Below are positions 6,490 to 13,967 of a stretch of DNA of 32,000 nt, in pieces. The translations under genes and the position numbers were made by a program. The DNA lies in NCBI GenBank assembly GCA_017609205.1, contig JAFCEL010000001.1:120001-152000 (forward strand), read 5' to 3'. This DNA is from Candidatus Saccharimonadota bacterium (lineage in GTDB: Archaea; Nanobdellota; Nanobdellia; Pacearchaeales; GW2011-AR1). Numbering within the stretch: position 1 is the first letter of the stretch; the number at the start of each line of letters is the position of its first letter. The notes under the pieces are model-generated. The model was not told the DNA's origin, made no database searches, and saw nothing but the letters and a program-made list of their open reading frames with translations.

Positions 6490-8703
6490 TCAACATCCAT
6501 TCTTCCATTCGGTAATTGCTATTATTAAATCTCTGATAGTGATACTTCCATTTTTCCATTTAGAGATATATCTCACAAGTTCCCCAATTTCTATAATACC
6601 ATCCCCATTAATATCAGCGGATGAGCATGAACTTGTATTCCCACAATCAATAGAACAAGCTACAGAAGTTTCTCCACCTTCACAAACCCCATCACCACAA
6701 TTGCTTTCATCATTATCCACTGAATTTGAACAACCTAAATCAGCCAAATCAATCTGTCCATCCCCATCATTGTCAATTTCATCGTTGCATTCATATTTCA
6801 GTGTTGGAATATTTTCATATGCTCCAATGTCCCAGCCAGAGCCTTGAGGACGGGTTACTCCATCATAATCCTCAAAAACCAAAGACAGATTCTCCCCTCT
6901 ATCAATTGCAGGAGAACTCTGGTGAAGATGAAAATCATGCCCCCCAGGATTTACAAATTCAGGATCCACATTTATACTCCCCTTATCATTTCCAGCAATT
7001 ATCCACTCACTTGCATTAGAATAGGTAGTCCCATTCTTACTAAAGCCACTCCCAGAATTCCCATAATAAAGATTATTCGAAAAGTATAGATTACTCGAAT
7101 TAGCAACGTCTATAACATAATCCCTATTGCCAACAACAATATTATTCTGGAAATACACATCACTTATTCTCCCCTCTGTTATATGAAAAACCCCTCCACT
7201 ATTATTATAAAAAACATTATTTACTATGTGAAGATTTTTAGTATATTGATCTTCCTCTGTAGCAGAGATACCCATAACAGGGGCTTGTTGATCATAATTT
7301 GCATTATCATAAACGAGATTATTTCTAAAAACAAGGTTATGTACGCTGTCAATTTGTGAGACATAATATAACATATCATAAAATTTATTTTGTTCAATAA
7401 TAACATTATTAAATTTCTCATACCAACCATATCCTCCTTCATCTATTCCAAATCCATAACCATTATGATGGATATTATTTCCTCTAAGAACAACATTGTC
7501 AAAATCCCCATGAATAGTAAATCCATCCCTCCTCATTTGAATATCTTGAATTCCACAATTATATAATTCACTATTTTCCATAAGGATATTTTTACCATAA
7601 CCTGCTAAATAAACACAATGACTATAAGCATTTTTTACTGTAAGATTATTAATGTAAAAAAGATTCATTGCAGGGATTTTCAGAGATGAGATGTTTCCTT
7701 CAGCATAACTACCAAATCCTATATGGCGTATATGATTACGGGCATCTACATAAGTATTTTCAACAACACAACCAGAACTAGCCCAGAATAGAATTTTTCC
7801 CATACTATCAATACTGAGATTCCTAATAATAACCTGAACTCCAGGATATCTAAATCCAACAGGATCACCTGATGAATAATAACGGGGACTAGCAAAGAGC
7901 ATTCCTTTCTCAATGTCCAAATCCTCAATGATTATCCCTTTTCCTTCTGCTGTTCCTTCAGTTGTAAAAGAAATATTATTCTCTTTATTGAGAACTTTCA
8001 TAAGAGGCTTTTTCCCGATACCATAAGCTCCAATCTTAATATAGTATGGCCCCTCCCTCATCAAACCGTTCAATCTCCATTCCTTATCATATTCAAATAT
8101 ATCCCCCCTCTTAAATAAAATTTGACTGCCTGACACAATATTAGAAGATTCGTTAATTACTTTTGAAATTGTTCTCCACGGGGTGTCCTCACTCAATCCA
8201 TCATTACTATCGTTCCCACTATTTGAGATATAATAGGTTTCTGACATTGCGGGATAATTGAGAACTTCTATATTAATTGAAGCAAAACCAGTATTCCCTT
8301 TATCATCTCTTACAACTAATGTGACATTATATATCCCGGGATTATCAAACCGATGTCCTACCATTATTCCCTTATCTGTCTGGGGATATTGAGAATTAAA
8401 ATCCCCAAAATCCCAATCATAACTTACAATTCTTCCAACACTAGATGAACTATTGATAGCATTAAAGAGAACTGTATATGGAGCTAATCCTTGATTACTG
8501 AAAACATCTATTTTAGCATTTATTTTCATTGTTGTTAAATTATACCTTATATCCCCCCCATCTTCTAATTTAGATAAATTTCCTAACTTATTCCAAACTA
8601 AATATCCTGCGAAAAAGCCATCTAGAGCTGCCTCATTTGCAAAAACAAAAATTGCTCCAACCAATAAAAAGATTAAAATCGCAAAGATAAAACCCTTCCT
8701 CAT
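6490..8703 (-). CDS. Secreted protein with a PKD domain, a right-handed parallel beta-helix and a Cys-rich/dockerin-like C-terminus
   Basis: The signal peptide is MRKGFIFAILIFLLVGAIFVFA. The PKD signature is YDWDFGD...GIYNVTLVVRDDKGN. Beta-helix turns repeat (NNIHHNG, RNNLVYDN, VNNVFYNN, QNNIVVGN, SNNLYYGN), and the end motif DFHLHQSSPAIDRG...DYDGVTRPQGSGWDIGAYE is present. The C-terminus carries EIDNDGDGQIDLADLGC and DINGDGIIEIGEL Ca-binding-like loops. Confidence 0.8.
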   Translation of the reverse strand: MRKGFIFAILIFLLVGAIFVFANEAALDGFFAGYLVWNKLGNLSKLEDGGDIRYNLTTMKINAKIDVFSNQGLAPYTVLFNAINSSSSVGRIVSYDWDFGDFNSQYPQTDKGIMVGHRFDNPGIYNVTLVVRDDKGNTGFASINIEVLNYPAMSETYYISNSGNDSNDGLSEDTPWRTISKVINESSNIVSGSQILFKRGDIFEYDKEWRLNGLMREGPYYIKIGAYGIGKKPLMKVLNKENNISFTTEGTAEGKGIIIEDLDIEKGMLFASPRYYSSGDPVGFRYPGVQVIIRNLSIDSMGKILFWASSGCVVENTYVDARNHIRHIGFGSYAEGNISSLKIPAMNLFYINNLTVKNAYSHCVYLAGYGKNILMENSELYNCGIQDIQMRRDGFTIHGDFDNVVLRGNNIHHNGYGFGIDEGGYGWYEKFNNVIIEQNKFYDMLYYVSQIDSVHNLVFRNNLVYDNANYDQQAPVMGISATEEDQYTKNLHIVNNVFYNNSGGVFHITEGRISDVYFQNNIVVGNRDYVIDVANSSNLYFSNNLYYGNSGSGFSKNGTTYSNASEWIIAGNDKGSINVDPEFVNPGGHDFHLHQSSPAIDRGENLSLVFEDYDGVTRPQGSGWDIGAYENIPTLKYECNDEIDNDGDGQIDLADLGCSNSVDNDESNCGDGVCEGGETSVACSIDCGNTSSCSSADINGDGIIEIGELVRYISKWKNGSITIRDLIIAITEWKNGC

Positions 8704-8722
8704 AGGCCAAAAAGAAAGATAC

Positions 8723-8736
8723 CTTTAAATAAATTT
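8723..8736 (-). promoter_or_regulatory. TATA-like box for the beta-helix protein gene (start at 8703)
   Basis: The minus-strand sequence aaatttatttaaag is centred about 26 nt upstream of the ATG. Confidence 0.4.
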
Positions 8737-8759
8737 TTAAGTATTTCTGATACAGAAAG

Positions 8760-8769
8760 TTATTAAATT
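8760..8769 (+). promoter_or_regulatory. TATA-like box for the archease/rtcB unit
   Basis: ttattaaatt is centred about 24 nt upstream of the ATG at 8788. Confidence 0.4.
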
Positions 8770-8787
8770 CTATTATCATAAAAGATT

Positions 8788-9192
8788 ATGAGATTTAAAT
8801 TCCTAGAACATACAGCAGACATAAAATTCCAAGCATTTGGCAAGAATCTTGAAGAAGTTTTTAAGAATTCTGCTTTAGCTATGTTTAATGCAATGTTCAG
8901 CGGAAAAGTTAAAGAGAAAATTAGAAAAAAAATAACAGCAGAAGGCAAGGATAACGAGAGTTTGCTTTATAATTTTCTAGAAGAATTATTGGTCTTATTT
9001 GATAGTGAGGGATTCTTCCTTTCGAAGGTTATTAAAGTAAAAATTAAAAAAAGAAAAATAGAAGCAGAAGTTATAGGGGACTACGCAGAAAATTACAAAA
9101 TTCACGTCGATGTAAAAGCGATAACCTACAATGATATGTTCGTTACAAAAATTGGAAATAAATTTGTTGCACAAGTTGTGCTGGATGTGTAA
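8788..9192 (+). CDS. Archease (RtcB activator)
   Basis: The N-terminus MRFKFLEHTADIKFQAFG, the C-terminal VKAITYNDMFV...AQVVLDV and the size of about 134 aa are typical of archease. The gene is adjacent to rtcB. Confidence 0.9.
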   Translation: MRFKFLEHTADIKFQAFGKNLEEVFKNSALAMFNAMFSGKVKEKIRKKITAEGKDNESLLYNFLEELLVLFDSEGFFLSKVIKVKIKKRKIEAEVIGDYAENYKIHVDVKAITYNDMFVTKIGNKFVAQVVLDV

Positions 9193-9193
9193 A

Positions 9194-9307
9194 ATGAGAG
9201 CTTTATCAGTAAAACAGCCACTAGCAAAGTTGATTGTTTTAGTAAAGGTAAAAGATATAAAAATAAAAAAGAGCTTGCTCAATTTTGGGAATTTAACTTT
9301 TAATTAA
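9194..9307 (+). pseudogene. Possible 5' remnant of an ASCH-domain gene (37-codon ORF)
   Basis: The translation is MRALSVKQPLAKLIVLVKVKDIKIKKSLLNFGNLTFN*. The first 15 aa resemble the M-K-A-L-S-I-K-Q-P-W-A-x-L-I N-terminus that I recall for ASCH-domain proteins, and the rest is degenerate. The ORF fills the archease-rtcB gap exactly. Confidence 0.3.
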
Positions 9308-9308
9308 A

Positions 9309-10727
9309 ATGGTAGGACTAAAAAAAATCTCTAAGAACGAGTGGGAAATTCCTAAAGAAGGAAAAATGCTTGCTCCTGCACGAATTTTTGCGAGTGAAAA
9401 ACTTCTTAAAAAAATCAAAGAAGACAAAACAATAGAGCAGATTAAAAATGTCGCACAACTTCCTGGGATTTTAAAAATATCAATTGCGCTTCCTGACGCA
9501 CACCAAGGTTATGGATTCCCAATAGGAGGGGTTGCTGCCTTTGATTTAGAAAAAGGAATAATTTCTCCAGGGGGGGTTGGCTATGATATAAATTGCTCTG
9601 TAAGATTACTAAAAACAAACCTAACAAAAAGGGATATCGTTAATCAACAGAAGAAAATTGTCGAGGGACTCTTTAGAAAAATTCCATCAGGAGTTGGAAG
9701 AGGAAGTAAATTTCAGATTACAAGAAAGGAACTGAATAAAGTTCTAGAACAAGGTGCAAAATACATAGTAGAAAAAGGTTATGGAGTTAAAGAAGACTAT
9801 TTGCATACTGAAGAAGAAGGTTGTATTAAAGGTGCAGATGCGACAAAAGTTTCTGAGAGAGCAATTAAAAGAGGAATCGGACAATTAGGGACACTTGGAG
9901 CAGGCAATCATTTTTTAGAAGTTCAATTCGTCGATGAGATTTATGACGAAGAGATTGCCAAAGTTTTTGGATTAAAAAAAGGCGATATTACAATAATGAT
10001 TCATTGTGGTTCAAGAGGATTGGGTCATCAAGTTGCTTCAGACTACATTAAGTTAATGGAAGATAAATATGGTTTTAAGAATTTACCTGACAGAGAACTA
10101 GTTAATGCACCAATAAAAAGCGAATTAGGAAAAAACTATTTTGCGGCAATGGCATGTGCTGCGAATTTTGCTTTTGCGAACAAACAAATAATCACTCACT
10201 GGGTTAGAGAAGAAATGAAATATTTATTCCCAAATATAAAGATTGATGTTATTTACGACGTATGCCATAATATCGCGAAGTTTGAGAATTTTATTATCGA
10301 CGGAAAAGAACAAAAAGTCTGCGTTCATAGAAAAGGTGCGACAAGAAGTTTTGGTCCTGGAAGAAAGGAGGTTCCGGAGAGATATAGGGAAATAGGACAA
10401 CCAGTAATTATTCCGGGTTCTATGGGAACAGCATCATACTTATTAGTTGGAACAAAAAAAGCAGAAGAATTAACTTTTGGTTCAACTGCACATGGTGCTG
10501 GACGCATCTCTTCTAGAAGCAAAGCAATGAGAGATTTACGAGGAGAAGAAGTGAAGAAGAACTTAAGTAAAAAAGGAATTGAAGTAAAGTCAGGAAGTTG
10601 GAAAGCCCTTGCTCAAGAAGCACCTGAGGTATACAAAGATATTGATGAAGTAATAAAAGTTGTTGATGAAATTGGAATCAGCAAGAAGATTGCAAAATTA
10701 AGGCCTTTAACAGTCATCAAGGGTTAA
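9309..10727 (+). CDS. rtcB: RNA 3'-phosphate/tRNA-splicing ligase RtcB
   Basis: The conserved motifs GVGYDINCSVRLL, GAGNHFLEVQ, HCGSRGLGHQV and STAHGAGR are all present. The protein is 472 aa with no intein-sized insertion. Confidence 0.97.
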   Translation: MVGLKKISKNEWEIPKEGKMLAPARIFASEKLLKKIKEDKTIEQIKNVAQLPGILKISIALPDAHQGYGFPIGGVAAFDLEKGIISPGGVGYDINCSVRLLKTNLTKRDIVNQQKKIVEGLFRKIPSGVGRGSKFQITRKELNKVLEQGAKYIVEKGYGVKEDYLHTEEEGCIKGADATKVSERAIKRGIGQLGTLGAGNHFLEVQFVDEIYDEEIAKVFGLKKGDITIMIHCGSRGLGHQVASDYIKLMEDKYGFKNLPDRELVNAPIKSELGKNYFAAMACAANFAFANKQIITHWVREEMKYLFPNIKIDVIYDVCHNIAKFENFIIDGKEQKVCVHRKGATRSFGPGRKEVPERYREIGQPVIIPGSMGTASYLLVGTKKAEELTFGSTAHGAGRISSRSKAMRDLRGEEVKKNLSKKGIEVKSGSWKALAQEAPEVYKDIDEVIKVVDEIGISKKIAKLRPLTVIKG

Positions 10728-10734
10728 ATTTAAG
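10724..10734 (+). promoter_or_regulatory. TATA-like box for Cys-rich paralogue A
   Basis: ttaaatttaag overlaps the rtcB stop codon and is centred about 28 nt upstream of the ATG at 10757. Confidence 0.35.
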
Positions 10735-10756
10735 AATCTCAAATACTAGATAAACC

Positions 10757-11638
10757 ATGGAATCAAAGGAGTCAGGGGGATTGTTAACAAAACCTCTTAT
10801 TCTTATAGGCATTATTTTTATTTCTGCAATTGCAGTCAGTGCTTATATAAGCAATCAAAAACATAATTCTGGGAATATTTTAATGAATGTTAATGGCCAT
10901 AAAATGACATTGAAGGAGGCAATTGAAAACAATTTTATTTCTAAAGAAGCAACTCCAGATAAAGATTATACTACCTCGGTTTTAGTGGGTCATAATGCAA
11001 ATGAGATTTGGGTTTCTGTCGACGGTAATGAGTCTACATTAGAACAAGCCATCAATGGTGCAGGTCTGTGTGGAAGTTCTATTATTACATCTTATTCAAA
11101 TCCAAAACCAAACCCAGGACATTATGCAGATGAAGTCGAGATTACTATTAATGGGGACACAAAAACATTGCAACAGGCAATTGACGATGGGGATTTTTGT
11201 AATAATTTTGTAAAAGATTGCAAAGCAGATGGCGGCGAAATTGCAGATTGTGGAGGAACTCTGTGTTGTAAATTTAGTGGTAGTTCTTGTCCAACAGGTC
11301 TTGGATGGATTTCAAATGGTTGGAGTGAAAGTTCTGCTCAAACGGTATGTGGATTAGCTAACGTTTATCCAAGTTGCACAAAATTCACAGGTAGTTGTCC
11401 TACAAGTTGTTGCACAACTAGTTATCATACATGGAGTCATACTATGGTTAGAGAATATTGTTATGCAAGTGGGATGGCAAAAGGAAATTTACCAAATTGT
11501 TGTGAATGCAGTGGTTGTTCGAGTTCTCCTTACAGCTGTGGGGGCGACTGTCATGATGGCACCGCAATTTATCAATGTTGTTCAGGAACCTTAAGATTAA
11601 GTAATAAGCTAGTAAATGTCGGTTGCATAAAATCTTAA
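10757..11638 (+). CDS. Membrane-anchored Cys-rich surface protein (paralogue A) of an uncharacterised family
   Basis: It has an N-terminal signal-anchor (LILIGIIFISAIAVSAYI). Three repeats of about 43 aa begin with His (HNSGNILMNVNGHKMTLKEAIE / HNANEIWVSVDGNESTLEQAIN / HYADEVEITINGDTKTLQQAID). The C-terminal domain of about 145 aa has roughly 20 Cys. It is a paralogue of 21435-22280. Confidence 0.7.
   Translation: MESKESGGLLTKPLILIGIIFISAIAVSAYISNQKHNSGNILMNVNGHKMTLKEAIENNFISKEATPDKDYTTSVLVGHNANEIWVSVDGNESTLEQAINGAGLCGSSIITSYSNPKPNPGHYADEVEITINGDTKTLQQAIDDGDFCNNFVKDCKADGGEIADCGGTLCCKFSGSSCPTGLGWISNGWSESSAQTVCGLANVYPSCTKFTGSCPTSCCTTSYHTWSHTMVREYCYASGMAKGNLPNCCECSGCSSSPYSCGGDCHDGTAIYQCCSGTLRLSNKLVNVGCIKS
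11090..11199 (+). repeat. 110-nt block, 109/110 identical to the reverse complement of 21841-21950
   Basis: Hand alignment shows tcttattcaaatccaaaaccaaacccaggacattatgcagatgaagtcgagattactattaatggGgacacaaaaacattgcaacaggcaattgacgatggggatttttg with a single G/A mismatch. It encodes SYSNPKPNPGHYADEVEITINGDTKTLQQAIDDGDF(C). Confidence 0.9.
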
Positions 11639-11872
11639 TCTGTATAAAAATAGTTTTACAATACACAACTTTACAGAACTAATGGTTTATCTTGGAATTG
11701 TAGTAATTTTTATGCCTTTACCTAATCCATTTACATTTTTTCTTTTTCTTATTTAATTTCCCTTTATGATATATAGGCCCTATTTGGCATTCAGGAATAA
11801 TGCAAAAAATGACACAATATAAACAAGGGGCATGAACTTCAAATCAATGTACTGATTATGGAACGTATGAAA

Positions 11873-11882
11873 CTTTAAAAAC
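11873..11882 (+). promoter_or_regulatory. TATA-like box for the presenilin-homologue gene
   Basis: ctttaaaaac is centred about 25 nt upstream of the ATG at 11903. Confidence 0.4.
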
Positions 11883-11902
11883 CATTTTTTCTTTTTATAC
11901 TT

Positions 11903-12835
11903 ATGAAACATAAACCAAAGATAACAATAATTCTTCTGGCAATGTTTGTTATTACGCAGTTTATCGGGCTTTATGTTGTGGATCATTATTCTAAAACAAA
12001 AATTATCGACGGAAAAGTACAGAATGTGTCTGCTCCAGAATTGCCTTTTGGAATGGATACTCCTAGGATAGAGAAAGAAAGAGACTATTACTCTTTGTTC
12101 CCTTTTTTGATAATTGCGTTTGTTATTGCAATATCTTTGTTTATTATCTTTACTAAGTTTAATTTTGATTTTATAATCAAACTATGGTTTTTTATTGTGG
12201 TGGCTATGGCACTAGGAATTTCATTTAATTCTTTTTTACCTGGAACTCATTATTCATCAATAATTGTCCTAGCAATGGCTATTCCTCTTGCATTCATTAA
12301 AATATATCAGAAGAGCCTCTTGGTTCATAATCTAACTGAATTGTTTATTTATCCTGGGATTGCAGCGGTTTTTGTTCCAATTCTAAATATCTACACTGTC
12401 ATTGTACTTCTTATCTTAATCTCACTTTATGACATGTGGGCTGTATGGAAGTCAGGGATAATGCAGAAGATGGTAAAATACCAAACAGAAAAATTAAACC
12501 TTATGGCTGGGTTTTTTATTCCCCATATTGACAAAAAAACAAAAGAAAAAATAAAAAAGATGAAAAAAACCTTGAGTAAGGAGAAATTAAAGAAGAAAAG
12601 AATAAAAATTAACGTGGCTCTTTTAGGCGGAGGAGATGTGATTTTTCCAATAATAACTGCTGGAGTCATGATGAAAACATTTGGGTTTTTATCGTCAATC
12701 TTTGTTGTAGCAGGAGCGACTCTTGGCTTGGGATATTTATTCTTTTTCTCTGAAAAAAAGAAATTCTATCCTGCAATGCCTTTTATAACAGCAGGGATCT
12801 TTTTAGGAATAATCCTAGGTTGGTTTGTAAGTTAA
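11903..12835 (+). CDS. Presenilin/signal-peptide-peptidase homologue (GxGD intramembrane aspartyl protease, A22-like)
   Basis: About nine predicted TM helices are present. There is a YD motif in TM6 (LISLYDMWAVW), a GxGD motif in TM7 (LLGGGDVIFP) and a PAL-like motif in TM9 (FYPAMPFITAG). A Lys-rich cytoplasmic loop lies between the two catalytic helices. Confidence 0.85.
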   Translation: MKHKPKITIILLAMFVITQFIGLYVVDHYSKTKIIDGKVQNVSAPELPFGMDTPRIEKERDYYSLFPFLIIAFVIAISLFIIFTKFNFDFIIKLWFFIVVAMALGISFNSFLPGTHYSSIIVLAMAIPLAFIKIYQKSLLVHNLTELFIYPGIAAVFVPILNIYTVIVLLILISLYDMWAVWKSGIMQKMVKYQTEKLNLMAGFFIPHIDKKTKEKIKKMKKTLSKEKLKKKRIKINVALLGGGDVIFPIITAGVMMKTFGFLSSIFVVAGATLGLGYLFFFSEKKKFYPAMPFITAGIFLGIILGWFVS

Positions 12836-12885
12836 TATCTCAGACCCATAATGTTCTCACTTTATAAAAGTAACAAATAGAAAGA

Positions 12886-12895
12886 TTTATAAAAG
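12886..12895 (+). promoter_or_regulatory. TATA-like box for the 89-aa ORF/TrmB unit
   Basis: tttataaaag is centred about 25 nt upstream of the ATG at 12915. An identical 10-mer lies 25 nt further upstream at 12861-12870. Confidence 0.4.
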
Positions 12896-12914
12896 AGTAT
12901 TTCTGTGAATTATT

Positions 12915-13184
12915 ATGAGATATGAATTAAGAGTTTCACATAAGAAAGGAATAACTTATGATACTACTAATTTAGTGAAGCATATAGAAAAATCTGTACC
13001 TGGTGTTAAATCAGGAGATATTGAATTCAAGGTGATATATCCAATTATGGGATTTGAGGACGGACCAAGAAAGGCAACTAAAGCTAAATTATCTTTTTTT
13101 GGAAATTCTTTTAATCCAGCAGAAATTATGAGTGAAATCTGCGAAAGAGGGTATTACATAGAAGCTTCTAAATTAACCAAATGA
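12915..13184 (+). CDS. Hypothetical protein (89 aa)
   Basis: The ORF has a TATA-like box about 25 nt upstream and its stop lies 1 nt before the TrmB-family gene start. I recognise no motif. Confidence 0.5.
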   Translation: MRYELRVSHKKGITYDTTNLVKHIEKSVPGVKSGDIEFKVIYPIMGFEDGPRKATKAKLSFFGNSFNPAEIMSEICERGYYIEASKLTK

Positions 13185-13185
13185 A

Positions 13186-13965
13186 ATGTTAATCCATAAA
13201 GAATTAATCAATAAGATTAAAGATTATTTTGATTTGAATTTATATGAGACGAAAGTCTGGTTAGCTCTGCTTGGAAAAGGCATGGCATCTGCTGGTGAAA
13301 TTGCAGAAATATCAGGAGTCCCTCGCTCAAGAACATATGATGTGCTTGAGAGTTTAGAGAAAAAAGGATTTGCAATCGTTAGATTAGGAAAGCCTGTAAG
13401 ATATATTGGTATAAAACCAAAGATAGTCTTAGAGAAATTAAAAAACAATATAAAAAAAGATGCAGAAAACAAAATTAAAGACTTATCGAATATAAAAGAA
13501 AAAAATGAATTTATTGAACTTGAAAAATTATACAAGGGAGGGATTTCTCCTGTGAAAAGAGAAGATCTTTCTGCTTCATTAAAAGGAAAATCGAATATTA
13601 CCTCTTATCTTAGAGATATTTTGCAAAATGCAAATAAAGAGGTTATAATATGCACAAATGCTGAAGAAATAAAATCAAAATTTAAGCTATTCGAACAAAC
13701 ATTTAATCTCCTCAGTAAATCAGGTATAAAAATAAGAATCGCTCTATATGGTGATGAAAAAGCAATAAAGGAATTATCAAAGAAATTTAAAATCAAGATA
13801 AAAAAAATAGATATTGATACAAAATTCTTCATAATTGACAGAAAAGAAATTCTGTTTTATCTCTCAAAAAGTTCAACTAACGACGATACTGCAATCTGGC
13901 TTAATTCTGAGTTCTTTATTCAAGCATTTATATCTATGTTTGAAAGAGCGTTTAAGAATAAATAA
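13186..13965 (+). CDS. TrmB-family transcriptional regulator
   Basis: The N-terminal winged HTH LYETKVWLALLGKGMASAGEIAEISGVPRSRTYDVLESLEKKGFA is typical of TrmB (PF01978-type) regulators. Confidence 0.85.
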   Translation: MLIHKELINKIKDYFDLNLYETKVWLALLGKGMASAGEIAEISGVPRSRTYDVLESLEKKGFAIVRLGKPVRYIGIKPKIVLEKLKNNIKKDAENKIKDLSNIKEKNEFIELEKLYKGGISPVKREDLSASLKGKSNITSYLRDILQNANKEVIICTNAEEIKSKFKLFEQTFNLLSKSGIKIRIALYGDEKAIKELSKKFKIKIKKIDIDTKFFIIDRKEILFYLSKSSTNDDTAIWLNSEFFIQAFISMFERAFKNK

Positions 13966-13967
13966 AA

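Noticed and set aside
11780-11986. A 68-aa minus-strand ORF spans the presenilin-homologue promoter and 5' end.
   Set aside because: It overlaps the well-supported start of the protease gene and its TATA-like box, has no recognisable motif, and its composition looks like a shadow ORF.
11903-12835. The GGGD-containing membrane protein might be the missing prepilin peptidase (PibD/FlaK, A24) for the pilus locus.
   Set aside because: The catalytic Asp residues sit in TM6 (YD) and TM7 (GGGD) of a nine-TM protein with a PAL-like motif in TM9. That is the presenilin/SPP (A22) arrangement. A24 peptidases have the first Asp near the N-terminus of a shorter protein.
12861-12895. The 10-mer tttataaaag is duplicated 25 nt apart upstream of the 89-aa ORF, which might indicate a tandem promoter or an operator.
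   Set aside because: In sequence this AT-rich, a repeated TATA-like 10-mer can arise by chance. Only the proximal copy has the canonical spacing to the ATG, so the distal copy is not reported as a separate feature.
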